NCBI GenBank assembly: GCA_034003925.1 | Contig: JAVEXR010000005.1 | Span: forward strand, 1 to 41,083 | DNA: 41,083 nucleotides | Direction of reading: 5' to 3' | Origin: Candidatus Moraniibacteriota bacterium | GTDB lineage: Bacteria; Patescibacteriota; Minisyncoccia; Moranbacterales; UBA9337 | Part shown: positions 26,531-34,014 of the stretch, one piece after another | Layout of the letters: the number at the start of each line of letters is the position of its first letter | How positions within the stretch are numbered: position 1 is the stretch's first letter | Program-made: the position numbers and the translations under genes | The notes under the pieces: model-generated | Database searches by the model: none | Told to the model about the DNA's origin: nothing | What the model saw: only the letters and a program-made list of their open reading frames with translations

Positions 26531-27601
26531 ATGAAATTTTTTAGTAAAAAAATAATTGACCTTAAAGATACTGCTGCCGGTTTTAGTATTGAAGATGACA
26601 AGCTTAGAATTGTCAGAGTTGAGGATAAGAAGATTAAAAGTTATAGCTCTGTGGTTATTCCGGACGGAGTTATTTCTGATGGGGAAATTTTAGATAAAAA
26701 TGAACTTTTCAGACTAATAGAAAAATTATTCAAGAGTGCTAAACCAAAAAAAATAAAAACAAAAAAAATTAGATTAGCTCTTTCTGAATCAAAATCTTTT
26801 TTACGTTTGATTTCTATCCCAGCTATGAGTGAAAAAGAAATCAACGAAGCTATAAAATGGGAAATAGAGGCCAATATTCCGCTGGCCTTAGATCAGGTTT
26901 ATTATGATTGGCAATTGGTGGGGGATATTTTTGCGGGTGATGACGAAAATGGAGAAATTAAAGTTTTGGTTTTGGCAGCAGCCAAAAGGATTGTGGATCA
27001 GTATTTGGAAGTTTTAGAAGAATTTGGATTGGAGATTATCGGAGTTGAGTCTGAAACAACAGCCTTAGCTAGAAGCTTATTAAGTGAAGAAGGTGAGTCA
27101 AAAACATCTTTAATAATGAATGTGGATAAAAATAAAACTAGTTTTATTTTTGCTATTGGAAACATCCCTTGTTTTACATCGAGCGTTCCTATTTCAGAAA
27201 AAAATATAGTGGGTGCTATAGCAAAAAAATTTAATATTTCAGATGAAAAAGCTCAGGAGATTGAAGAGAAGGATGGAATTGGATCATTTTTTGAAGATGA
27301 TGCATTATTTGAAGCTATTAGGCCGACTTTAGATGGATTGGTAGGTGAAACAAAAAAGACAATAGATTTTTATTTAGATGGCTTAAAATATTCAGATTCT
27401 ATTGATAGGGTTATTATTTGTGGAAAGATGTCAAAAGCTAAAGGTTTAATGCCCTATCTTTCCAGAAGCTTAGAAATTGAAGTTGTGGAGGGCGATGTAA
27501 GAGATGGAATGGCAGCTAGCATTTCAGATATTCCAATCATTGAAAAAGACAGAGCTATAAAATATGCCGTAGCTATTGGATTGGCGCTGGGGAATAAATA
27601 A
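26531..27601 (+). CDS. pilM: Type IV pilus assembly protein PilM (actin-like ATPase fold)
   Basis: 356 aa, with the length, position upstream of pilN and sequence blocks (KVLVLAAAKR..., GVESETTALARS, IICGKMSKAKGL) typical of PilM. Confidence 0.8.
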   Translation: MKFFSKKIIDLKDTAAGFSIEDDKLRIVRVEDKKIKSYSSVVIPDGVISDGEILDKNELFRLIEKLFKSAKPKKIKTKKIRLALSESKSFLRLISIPAMSEKEINEAIKWEIEANIPLALDQVYYDWQLVGDIFAGDDENGEIKVLVLAAAKRIVDQYLEVLEEFGLEIIGVESETTALARSLLSEEGESKTSLIMNVDKNKTSFIFAIGNIPCFTSSVPISEKNIVGAIAKKFNISDEKAQEIEEKDGIGSFFEDDALFEAIRPTLDGLVGETKKTIDFYLDGLKYSDSIDRVIICGKMSKAKGLMPYLSRSLEIEVVEGDVRDGMAASISDIPIIEKDRAIKYAVAIGLALGNK

Positions 27602-27620
27602 ACTTTTTAAATTTTTTGAT

Positions 27621-28184
27621 ATGAAAATAAAATTAAATCTTTTGCCCAAAAGCAGGGAGAGAAAAATAAAAAATAGAAAAATATTGAAGTTTGTGATTCT
27701 TCAAGAAATCATGATAATCGTTATTACATTTTTATTTTTTGGTGTAATAAAAGGAATCAACGCTGTGGCTAGTTTCCAGTTAGAGGGAGTTAGTCAAGAG
27801 ATTTCTCAAAATGATAAAAGAGACGATTATGTGGAAATAAAAAAATATGAAGATGGTTTAAGAGATGTAAAAAATAAGGTAGAGCTTATTGCTCGGATTC
27901 AAAAATTTGATATTAATTGGGTAATCTTACTGGAAAAGCTTTCGGTGATATTGCCTTCAGAAGTCGTGATTAAATCCATAGACGGAAATGGTTATAAATT
28001 AATATTAAAAGGCGTGGCTGAAAATAGAGATGCTTTGATAAAATCAAAAGATGAAATGCAAAAAGATAGTTGTTTCAAAAATATTGATGTTCCATTGAAT
28101 AATATAGTTTTAAGGGAAAATATTGAATTTGAGCTAAAATTTGAAATTGATGAGAATTGTCTAAATAAATATGAAAAAAAATAA
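27621..28184 (+). CDS. pilN: Type IV pilus assembly protein PilN
   Basis: From the ATG at 27621: MKIKLNLLPKSRERKIKNRK followed by a single TM helix. The (I/L)NLLP motif is characteristic of PilN. Confidence 0.8.
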   Translation: MKIKLNLLPKSRERKIKNRKILKFVILQEIMIIVITFLFFGVIKGINAVASFQLEGVSQEISQNDKRDDYVEIKKYEDGLRDVKNKVELIARIQKFDINWVILLEKLSVILPSEVVIKSIDGNGYKLILKGVAENRDALIKSKDEMQKDSCFKNIDVPLNNIVLRENIEFELKFEIDENCLNKYEKK

Positions 28185-28893
28185 TAAGTTTCTAGTAAAA
28201 TATAAAGTATATATAATTATCGGTATCCTTTTTGTTATTTGGGGATGCTTTGTATTTTTCGTTATCTTACCTTCCATTAAATTGTTGCAAGCTGATTTTG
28301 ATGCAGTGCAAATGAAATTTCTTGAAATGAAAGTTAACGATGAAAAGTTGGGCAATGTTTCCGTTTTAAAGGAGAAATTTGATAAAGTTGATAGTGAAAG
28401 AAATAATTTGGGGGTTATTTTTTCCAAAGATAATATCGTTGAATTGGTAAGGGAATTGGAATCAATAGCTCAAAAAACAGAAAATACCATCACCGTATCC
28501 GTTGACGAGGAAAATAAATCTTTGGTAGAGGTGAATAAAGGTAAGGTTGGAGCAAACTCAAAAGAAAATGAATTTCTTAAGTTGTTGCCATCAGAAAATT
28601 ATCTTACTTTAAAGATTGGATTAAAAGGAGATTATAATAGTTTGATGAAATTTATCGATAAATTAAATAGTATCAAATATTATAACACGGTTATTGGATT
28701 TAAAATCGTTTCAGAAAAAATTTCTCTTGAGGATAAAGATGAAATCAAAGGTTCTGGAGATGAAATCAACGTGCTCAGTTCTGGCGGTAATGAAATAGCT
28801 ATTGTGCCAAAAGAAGAGAAGGAAAAATTAATTCTGAGTTCCGATTTGAGTGTAATATTTTATTTATTAGAAAAAAATGAAAAAGGGAAATAA
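28171..28893 (+). CDS. pilO: PilO-like pilus assembly protein
   Basis: An N-terminal TM helix, a coiled-coil segment, then a globular C-terminal domain. The gene is translationally coupled to pilN. The assignment rests on position and architecture. Confidence 0.6.
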   Translation: MKKNNKFLVKYKVYIIIGILFVIWGCFVFFVILPSIKLLQADFDAVQMKFLEMKVNDEKLGNVSVLKEKFDKVDSERNNLGVIFSKDNIVELVRELESIAQKTENTITVSVDEENKSLVEVNKGKVGANSKENEFLKLLPSENYLTLKIGLKGDYNSLMKFIDKLNSIKYYNTVIGFKIVSEKISLEDKDEIKGSGDEINVLSSGGNEIAIVPKEEKEKLILSSDLSVIFYLLEKNEKGK

Positions 28894-28894
28894 G

Positions 28895-29224
28895 ATGAGT
28901 TTTAAATTTAATAGAGAAAATTTTGATATTTCTAAGATTAAGAATTCTATTTTTGATTTTTTTCTAAATCATTCAGAAATGATATTTATGATATTTTTTG
29001 TTGTTATTGCCACACTGAGCGGATTATTGATCTATAAATATATTTATTCTTCAGTTTGGAGCGAGGAAAGGAAGAGTGTTTATCTGCAAGAATTAAAGAA
29101 GGGAGATATTGATTTTAAGCTAGATGAATTTAACGCAGTAATTGATGGAGTAAAAGATAGGGCTTATTTGTATGAAAAAGAAAATTTAAATCAGGTCAGG
29201 GATATATTTGGAATAGAAAAGTAG
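28895..29224 (+). CDS. Small single-pass membrane protein, last gene of pilus cluster 2
   Basis: The ORF has one TM helix (MIFMIFFVVIATLSGLLIY). An alternative start at 28877 would overlap the pilO-like gene. Confidence 0.55.
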   Translation: MSFKFNRENFDISKIKNSIFDFFLNHSEMIFMIFFVVIATLSGLLIYKYIYSSVWSEERKSVYLQELKKGDIDFKLDEFNAVIDGVKDRAYLYEKENLNQVRDIFGIEK

Positions 29225-29293
29225 AAGAAATATTGTATAAAATATTTTGTATTTAACTCTGTAATATTGGAGTGTATGAAATATTTTATAAAC

Positions 29294-29323
29294 AAAAAAA
29301 CACCACAGCGATGGTGTTTTTTT
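29294..29323. terminator. Bidirectional terminator between pilus operon (+) and tRNA genes (-)
   Basis: AAAAAAACACCA-CAGCGA-TGGTGTTTTTTT, with A and T runs on both sides. Confidence 0.8.
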
Positions 29324-29339
29324 GCTAAGTTTCCGTAGG

Positions 29340-29411
29340 TGCTCTTGTCAGGACTCGAACCTGAAATGCTTGGTCCGAAGCCAAGTGTGATATCCATTTC
29401 ACCACAAGAGC
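29340..29411 (-). tRNA. tRNA-Arg (anticodon UCG)
   Basis: Manual cloverleaf: GCTCTTG TG GTGA AATGGATA TCAC A CTTGG CTTCGGA CCAAG CATT TCAGG TTCGAGT CCTGA CAAGAGC A. All stems are fully paired. CCA is not encoded. Confidence 0.9.
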
Positions 29412-29447
29412 AATTTCTAACGCGTATATTATAGAAATCTACACAGG

Positions 29448-29519
29448 GGCGATCACAGGGAATCGGACCCTGATACTCGGTACCACAAACCGATGTTCTA
29501 CCACTGAACTATGATCGCC
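29448..29519 (-). tRNA. tRNA-His (anticodon GUG) with encoded G-1
   Basis: G(-1) GCGATCA TA GTTC AGTGGTA GAAC A TCGGT TTGTGGT ACCGA GTAT CAGGG TCCGATT CCCTG TGATCGC C. G-1 lies opposite C73. The T-loop reads UCCGAUU. Confidence 0.88.
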
Positions 29520-29772
29520 ACTCTACAGACTTCTTATTTTTTTGTATAGCTAGCCAATAAATAAAAGACTATTATATAAAAATAGTACCTAAAAATGATA
29601 ACATAAGAAATAAGAGAAATCAAGAGCTGTAATATCGTATGAATAATATCATAGCCCAAGTCATCCAAATGCTTATTTGCCAGTCTCTTATAATTCTTTT
29701 AGTGGCGTTTCTTGCAAAAAGCACTTTAATAAAATACATCAATCTTTTCTAGATTGATGTATTTAAGATATG

Positions 29773-29852
29773 TGTTCCCTGTAAGGACTTAACCCGATAC
29801 TAACCAGATAAAAGTCCTGAAAGCTAGACACTTTCAGCTCCCCCAACGGGGC
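29773..29852 (-). ncRNA. tRNA-Lys-derived 80-nt RNA candidate, copy 1 (or tRNA pseudogene)
   Basis: It occupies the same position relative to the trailer and terminator as tRNA-Lys. See the finding for alignment blocks and folds. Confidence 0.4.
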
Positions 29853-29916
29853 TTCTCATAAAAAATACTTTAACAAAAAACATCAATCTTTTCTAGATTG
29901 ATGTATTTAAGATATG

Positions 29917-29996
29917 GGTTCCCTGTAAGGACTTAACCCGATACTAATCAGATAAAAGTCCTGAAAGCTAGACACTTTCAGCTCTCCCAACGGGGC
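29917..29996 (-). ncRNA. tRNA-Lys-derived 80-nt RNA candidate, copy 2
   Basis: As copy 1, followed on the minus strand by the hairpin at 29880-29904 and a U-run. Confidence 0.4.
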
Positions 29997-30060
29997 TTCT
30001 CATAAAAAACACTTTAACAAAAAACATCAACCTTTTCTAGATTGATGTATTTAAGATATG

Positions 30061-30140
30061 TGTTCCCTGTAAGGACTTAACCCGATACTAATCAGATAAA
30101 AGTCCTGAAAGCTAGACACTTTCAGCTCTCCTAACGGGGC
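30061..30140 (-). ncRNA. tRNA-Lys-derived 80-nt RNA candidate, copy 3
   Basis: As copy 1, followed on the minus strand by the hairpin at 30024-30048 and a U-run. Confidence 0.4.
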
Positions 30141-30162
30141 TTCTCATAAAAAACACTTTAAC

Positions 30163-30193
30163 AAAAAAACATCAACCTTTTCTAGATTGATGT
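30163..30193 (-). terminator. Rho-independent terminator of tRNA-Lys; the same element recurs in every repeat unit
   Basis: The minus-strand RNA reads ACAUCAAUC-UAGAAAA-GGUUGAUGU followed by UUUUUUU. Confidence 0.8.
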
Positions 30194-30205
30194 ATTTAAG
30201 ATATG

Positions 30206-30278
30206 TGCGCCGTGGGGGATTCGAACCCTCGACCATCAGCTTAAAAGGCTGTTGCTCTACCAACTGAGCTAACGGCGC
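30206..30278 (-). tRNA. tRNA-Lys (anticodon UUU)
   Basis: GCGCCGT TA GCTC AGTTGGTA GAGC A ACAGC CTTTTAA GCTGA TGGTC GAGGG TTCGAAT CCCCC ACGGCGC A. There is one mismatch in the anticodon stem (27-43) and one in the T stem (50-64). Confidence 0.85.
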
Positions 30279-30298
30279 ATATCATTTGATATTGTCTT

Positions 30299-30362
30299 TG
30301 CCCTTGCCAACATAAGTTTTTCCAATCGGAGAATTTACCAACTGAGACTGAATGAAGGGCGC
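30299..30362 (-). pseudogene. Decayed tRNA-Lys-like fragment upstream of the intact gene
   Basis: The plus-strand sequence TACCAACTGAGACTGAATGAAGGGCGCATAT parallels TACCAACTGAGCTAACGGCGCATAT at the real tRNA 5' end. A residual acceptor-like pairing GCCCTT/AAGGGC remains. No T arm is present. Confidence 0.4.
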
Positions 30363-30588
30363 ATATTTTTTAAAAAAATAAAATATCTCCCAAAAATGGG
30401 TTTGTCTATTTTTTATATATTTTATATCAGTTTGGTGCAAATATAGAATACTATAAAATTATATCTTTTTCAGAATAAAAGTCAACCCCGTCGGAGATTT
30501 GTGGTATATTAGGAGTATTTACCAAGAATTATTTAGTACTATTAGAGAATGGGAAATATTGTTTTTCTTTTAGATAGATGGATTTTTT

Positions 30589-30617
30589 TTGCGATTATAA
30601 TATAATTAAGATATAAT
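30589..30617 (+). promoter_or_regulatory. Candidate sigma70 promoter for the BNR lipoprotein gene
   Basis: TTGCGA (30589-30594), 17-nt spacer, TATAAT (30612-30617). Confidence 0.5.
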
Positions 30618-30645
30618 TAAAAGGATAAATTTTAAAGACCTTTTT

Positions 30646-31704
30646 ATGAAAAGATATTTGCAATGTTTGTTGGTATTTTTTTTCGTTGTAATTTTGTCTG
30701 GTTGCTCTCTGAATATAGGCACTAGCTCATCTGGGGAAACAGGTGGAATGCTGGTTTCAAAAAATTCTGGAGTAGCTTGGGAATTAAAAAATAGAGTTGA
30801 TGACAAACAGACTATATCTAAGGTAGATGTTTTAACGGTAGAGATTGATCCGGTAGATAATGAAAAAATTTATTTGGGAACAAAAGATAAGGGGGTAGTT
30901 GTTTCAAGAGATGGGGCGGAAAGTTGGGAAAAGGTTAAATTTCCAGCCAATAAAGTTTATGGTATTGCGGTGAATTATTTTAAGCCAAGTGATATTTATG
31001 CGTTGGGTGTTTCTGGTGAGCGAGGCAAGGCTTATAGGACCTATGATTATGGAGAGACTTGGGATGAAATCTATACTGAGCCAGCCAATGGAACTGTGAT
31101 AATTTCTTTGGCTATGGATAAGAATAATCCGATGGTGTTATATATGGGAACATCTGAGGGCGTTATATTAAAAACTGTCGATGGCGGAGAAACTTGGAGA
31201 AGTCTATATACAGCCAGCGGTCCCGTCACGGAAATAGTTTTTGGAGGAGGACTGGATAGACATATTTATTTTTTAGTGCAGGAGAGTCAAGTGTTAGTCT
31301 CGGATAACAATGGGGATAATTTTAAAATTATTTCAAATATTGTAAATGATGCTGAAAATAAAGGAATTGGAAAAATTTATTCCTTAGCAGTTAGCGATAG
31401 TGATGATGGGGCCTTGTATATAGGCACTGATGAAGGAATATTTCGAAGTTATAACGCAGGAGAGAGTTTGGAGGAGGTTGCTGTTCTAGCTACATCAAAG
31501 GGTTTTCCTATTCGATCTATTGCCATAAATCCAAAAAACTCTCAAGAGATTATATATAGCGCTGCTCAAGCGATATATAAATCTACCGATGCTGGTAAAA
31601 ATTGGTCAACTTATCAGTTAAATACTGGGAAATTGATTTCGGAAATTATTTTTAAGCCTAGCGATGTAAACATAATTTATGCAGGATTAAGGAGTTTCAA
31701 ATAA
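30646..31704 (+). CDS. Lipoprotein with BNR/Asp-box repeats (Ycf48-like / sialidase-like beta-propeller)
   Basis: It has a lipobox, LSGCS, after a signal peptide. Repeated S/T-x-D-x-G-x-T/S-W motifs follow (SRDGAESWE, TYDYGETWD, TVDGGETWR, STDAGKNWS, and others). Confidence 0.8.
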   Translation: MKRYLQCLLVFFFVVILSGCSLNIGTSSSGETGGMLVSKNSGVAWELKNRVDDKQTISKVDVLTVEIDPVDNEKIYLGTKDKGVVVSRDGAESWEKVKFPANKVYGIAVNYFKPSDIYALGVSGERGKAYRTYDYGETWDEIYTEPANGTVIISLAMDKNNPMVLYMGTSEGVILKTVDGGETWRSLYTASGPVTEIVFGGGLDRHIYFLVQESQVLVSDNNGDNFKIISNIVNDAENKGIGKIYSLAVSDSDDGALYIGTDEGIFRSYNAGESLEEVAVLATSKGFPIRSIAINPKNSQEIIYSAAQAIYKSTDAGKNWSTYQLNTGKLISEIIFKPSDVNIIYAGLRSFK

Positions 31705-31725
31705 ATAAATTAATAAATAAAATAT

Positions 31726-32283
31726 ATGTATAAAAAAGCAATAGAAGACAAAAAAAACGACTTGGACGGAGCCATAGATCATTTTAAGACAGAGATGTCT
31801 AAATTGAGAACAGGTAGAGCTAATCCATCAATCATTGAGGATTTACTAGTGGATTATTATGGCGTCAAAACTCCCCTTAAACAGATAGCTAATATTAATG
31901 TCCCAGAACCAAGAACATTGCTTATTCAGCCTTGGAGCAGAGATAGTTTGGCCAATATCGAAGCTGCCATAAAAATTTCCGATTTAAACTTAAATGCCAA
32001 TAACGATGGAGAGGTTCTTAGGATTAATATTCCGCCACTAAATGAGGAAAGGCGTTTGGATTTGGTGAAAATGTTAAATAAAAAGGCGGAAGAGGCCAGA
32101 ATAGCAGTAAGAAATATCCGTGAAGATATTTGGCAGGAAATTCAAGAAATGGAAAAAAGAGGAGAAATCGCAGAGGATGATAAATTTAGAGGCAAAGAAA
32201 GATTACAAGAAACAATCAATGATTATAATAAGAAAATTGATGAATTAAGGGAGAAGAAAGAACAAGACATAATGACAGTTTAG
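31726..32283 (+). CDS. frr: Ribosome recycling factor
   Basis: 185 aa with LRTGRANPSIIEDLLVDYYG...NIPPLNEERR...R.IR, typical of Frr. Confidence 0.95.
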   Translation: MYKKAIEDKKNDLDGAIDHFKTEMSKLRTGRANPSIIEDLLVDYYGVKTPLKQIANINVPEPRTLLIQPWSRDSLANIEAAIKISDLNLNANNDGEVLRINIPPLNEERRLDLVKMLNKKAEEARIAVRNIREDIWQEIQEMEKRGEIAEDDKFRGKERLQETINDYNKKIDELREKKEQDIMTV

Positions 32284-32353
32284 TTGAATCGAAATATGGG
32301 TGGCATGTTTTGAGATTGAATAAAAAAGCGGTTTCTAAATTTTTTAACGCATT

Positions 32354-32842
32354 ATGATTAAATTAGTCAGCACAGTAGCTTTTATCATACTTAACGAAGA
32401 GAATAAAATTCTTTTTGTTAAGCGACTCAATAAAAATGTAGATGAAAAGTCTACAGAAAAAAGTTCTTTGGTATCAGTAAAAGATAAGGGAAATAATGAA
32501 GCCGGAGAATGGTCAATTCTCTTTGAAACTGTTGAGGAGGATGAGAATTCTAGGGACGTAATAAAGAGAGCGGTAAAAAAAACTTTAAATTGTGAAGTAG
32601 GAGATTGTAATTATTTTAACCTTTATTTTTATGATATTTCCGATAGTTTTATAAAAAAGGCTGGATATTTTTATGGAACAGTAGCTGGAGAAATTAAAGT
32701 GGATAATCGATTTTTAGAGACTGTATGGGTTAATTTAGAAAGTTCTGAGCTGGATGATTTGGATTTGATTCCAGAGCAACGAGGAGTTTTAAATGATTTT
32801 ATCAATTTTTTTCAAGATAAATTTTTAGAAAAGATGGAATAG
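32354..32842 (+). CDS. Nudix-fold-like protein with degenerate Nudix box
   Basis: VAFIILNEENKILFVKR is a Nudix-like first strand. In the box position GEWSILFETVEEDENSRDVIKRAVKKTLNCEV, the catalytic REx2EE residues are replaced (RAVKKT). Confidence 0.4.
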   Translation: MIKLVSTVAFIILNEENKILFVKRLNKNVDEKSTEKSSLVSVKDKGNNEAGEWSILFETVEEDENSRDVIKRAVKKTLNCEVGDCNYFNLYFYDISDSFIKKAGYFYGTVAGEIKVDNRFLETVWVNLESSELDDLDLIPEQRGVLNDFINFFQDKFLEKME

Positions 32843-33023
32843 CTGGGTGTTTTCTGACTAAATAAGTTCAACCAACTCTGGGGTTAAGTGTTCTCCAGTA
32901 GCGGTTTCTATTTGTTTTATTGCTTTTTGGAATTTGTGTTAAACATTTACTTTTTATCTTTTTGGTATTAAACTATATTTTGAAGGGGGATTTTAAAATC
33001 TTAATTAGTTAATGTTATAAAAT

Positions 33024-33632
33024 ATGTCTTCAGTGCAAGTCCTAGAGATATTATTTGGTTCTAAATCGAGAGCTCGAATGATGCGTTTTTTTATTTTGAA
33101 TAATAGCCAGGAGTATTCCTTTCCTGACATTATTACGAGAAATATTTTGAATTCTTCGGAGGCCAGAAAAGAACTGAATGCCTTTAAAAAGGCAGATTTT
33201 GTAAGAGAGAAAACCAGGAAGGGTAAAAAATATTATCATACCAATATTAATTTTCCCTTTTATCAAGAGCTAGAGAGATTAGTTATTAAATCCGATATTT
33301 TTCCACAATGTAGCAGTTTGAGTAATGTGAAAAAGATTGGGGATGTGAAACTGGTTTTAACTACGGGTGTTTTTATGAACTACGCTAAGGGAAAATTGGA
33401 TCTTCTTTTGGTAGTGGATAATGTGAGTAGGGTTAAATTGAAAACTTTGATTAATCATTTGGAAGCAGAAGTAGGTAAGGAGATTCGTTACATGGTTTTG
33501 ACTGGTGATGAATTGACTTATCGATTGAATATGCTGGATAGATTTTTAATCAATATTTTCAAAGAACCTCACGAGATTTTTTTTAGTAAAGTTCCAAAAA
33601 TAAAGCAGATTGTTTCAGTCTTAAAGAAATAA
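33024..33632 (+). CDS. Hypothetical protein (possible N-terminal winged-helix domain)
   Basis: A clean 202-aa ORF. The N-terminal ~80 aa resemble a small wHTH (FGSKSRARMMRFFILN...). No firm family is recognised. Confidence 0.5.
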   Translation: MSSVQVLEILFGSKSRARMMRFFILNNSQEYSFPDIITRNILNSSEARKELNAFKKADFVREKTRKGKKYYHTNINFPFYQELERLVIKSDIFPQCSSLSNVKKIGDVKLVLTTGVFMNYAKGKLDLLLVVDNVSRVKLKTLINHLEAEVGKEIRYMVLTGDELTYRLNMLDRFLINIFKEPHEIFFSKVPKIKQIVSVLKK

Positions 33633-33642
33633 CTCAAATATA

Positions 33643-33999
33643 ATGGATGACATCAGGCAATTTTTCAAAAATAAATTGTTATTAACCTTATTTGGCAGCG
33701 CGTTTTTGATAAATATTTTTAATTTTTTATTCTTATTTTATTTTGTTAGAGGGTTGAATAATTTGATAATATTGCATTATAATGTTTATCTAGGTGTTGA
33801 TTTGATGGGAGAAAGTAATCAAGTATTCCTTATCCCGGTGGTAGGAGCTTTTTTTGCTGTAATTAATTTGGTTTTGGCGATTTACTTTTTTTCTAAAAAA
33901 GAAAGGATGTTATCGCATATTTTGTCGCTTACAACCTTTATTGCTCAGCTAGGGATAAGTATCGCTGGCGGGGCTTTAATTTTAGTAAATTATTTTTAA
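33643..33999 (+). CDS. Small polytopic membrane protein
   Basis: 118 aa with 3-4 hydrophobic helices. Confidence 0.55.
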   Translation: MDDIRQFFKNKLLLTLFGSAFLINIFNFLFLFYFVRGLNNLIILHYNVYLGVDLMGESNQVFLIPVVGAFFAVINLVLAIYFFSKKERMLSHILSLTTFIAQLGISIAGGALILVNYF

Positions 34000-34014
34000 C
34001 AGTATTTATAACGT

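Larger units (their letters stand above)
29716..30205 (-). repeat. 144-bp tandem repeat, 3 full units plus a partial fourth that runs into tRNA-Lys
   Basis: Units are at 29716-29859, 29860-30003 and 30004-30147, with a partial unit at 30148-30205. Units 2 and 3 differ at about 4 positions. Unit 1 differs from unit 2 at about 9. Confidence 0.95.

Noticed and set aside
29191-29397. A 68-aa ORF on the minus strand.
   Set aside because: It overlaps tRNA-Arg and the bidirectional terminator. It is a translation artefact.
29824-29859. An 11-codon ORF (MRSPVGxAESV) on the minus strand in each repeat unit.
   Set aside because: - It has no SD or promoter.
- The three copies differ by non-synonymous changes (GG, GR, RR) at the same positions.
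- The sequence is better explained as the 5' part of a tRNA-derived RNA.
29917-29996. A hammerhead or other small self-cleaving ribozyme in the repeat body, suggested by CUGAUUAG and GAAAG strings at a three-way junction.
   Set aside because: The hammerhead core needs CUGANGA. Here the sequence is CUGAUUA (U instead of the essential G8), and the GAAA is not positioned between stems II and III. I could not fit any other ribozyme consensus that I know.
29716-30205. The tandem repeats could be a CRISPR array.
   Set aside because: The 144-bp units are contiguous and the whole unit repeats. There are no unique spacers, no short palindromic repeats at 28-37-bp scale, and no cas genes in the window.
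30606-30806. A 66-aa ORF on the minus strand.
   Set aside because: It is antisense to the start and promoter of the BNR lipoprotein gene, and has no signals of its own.
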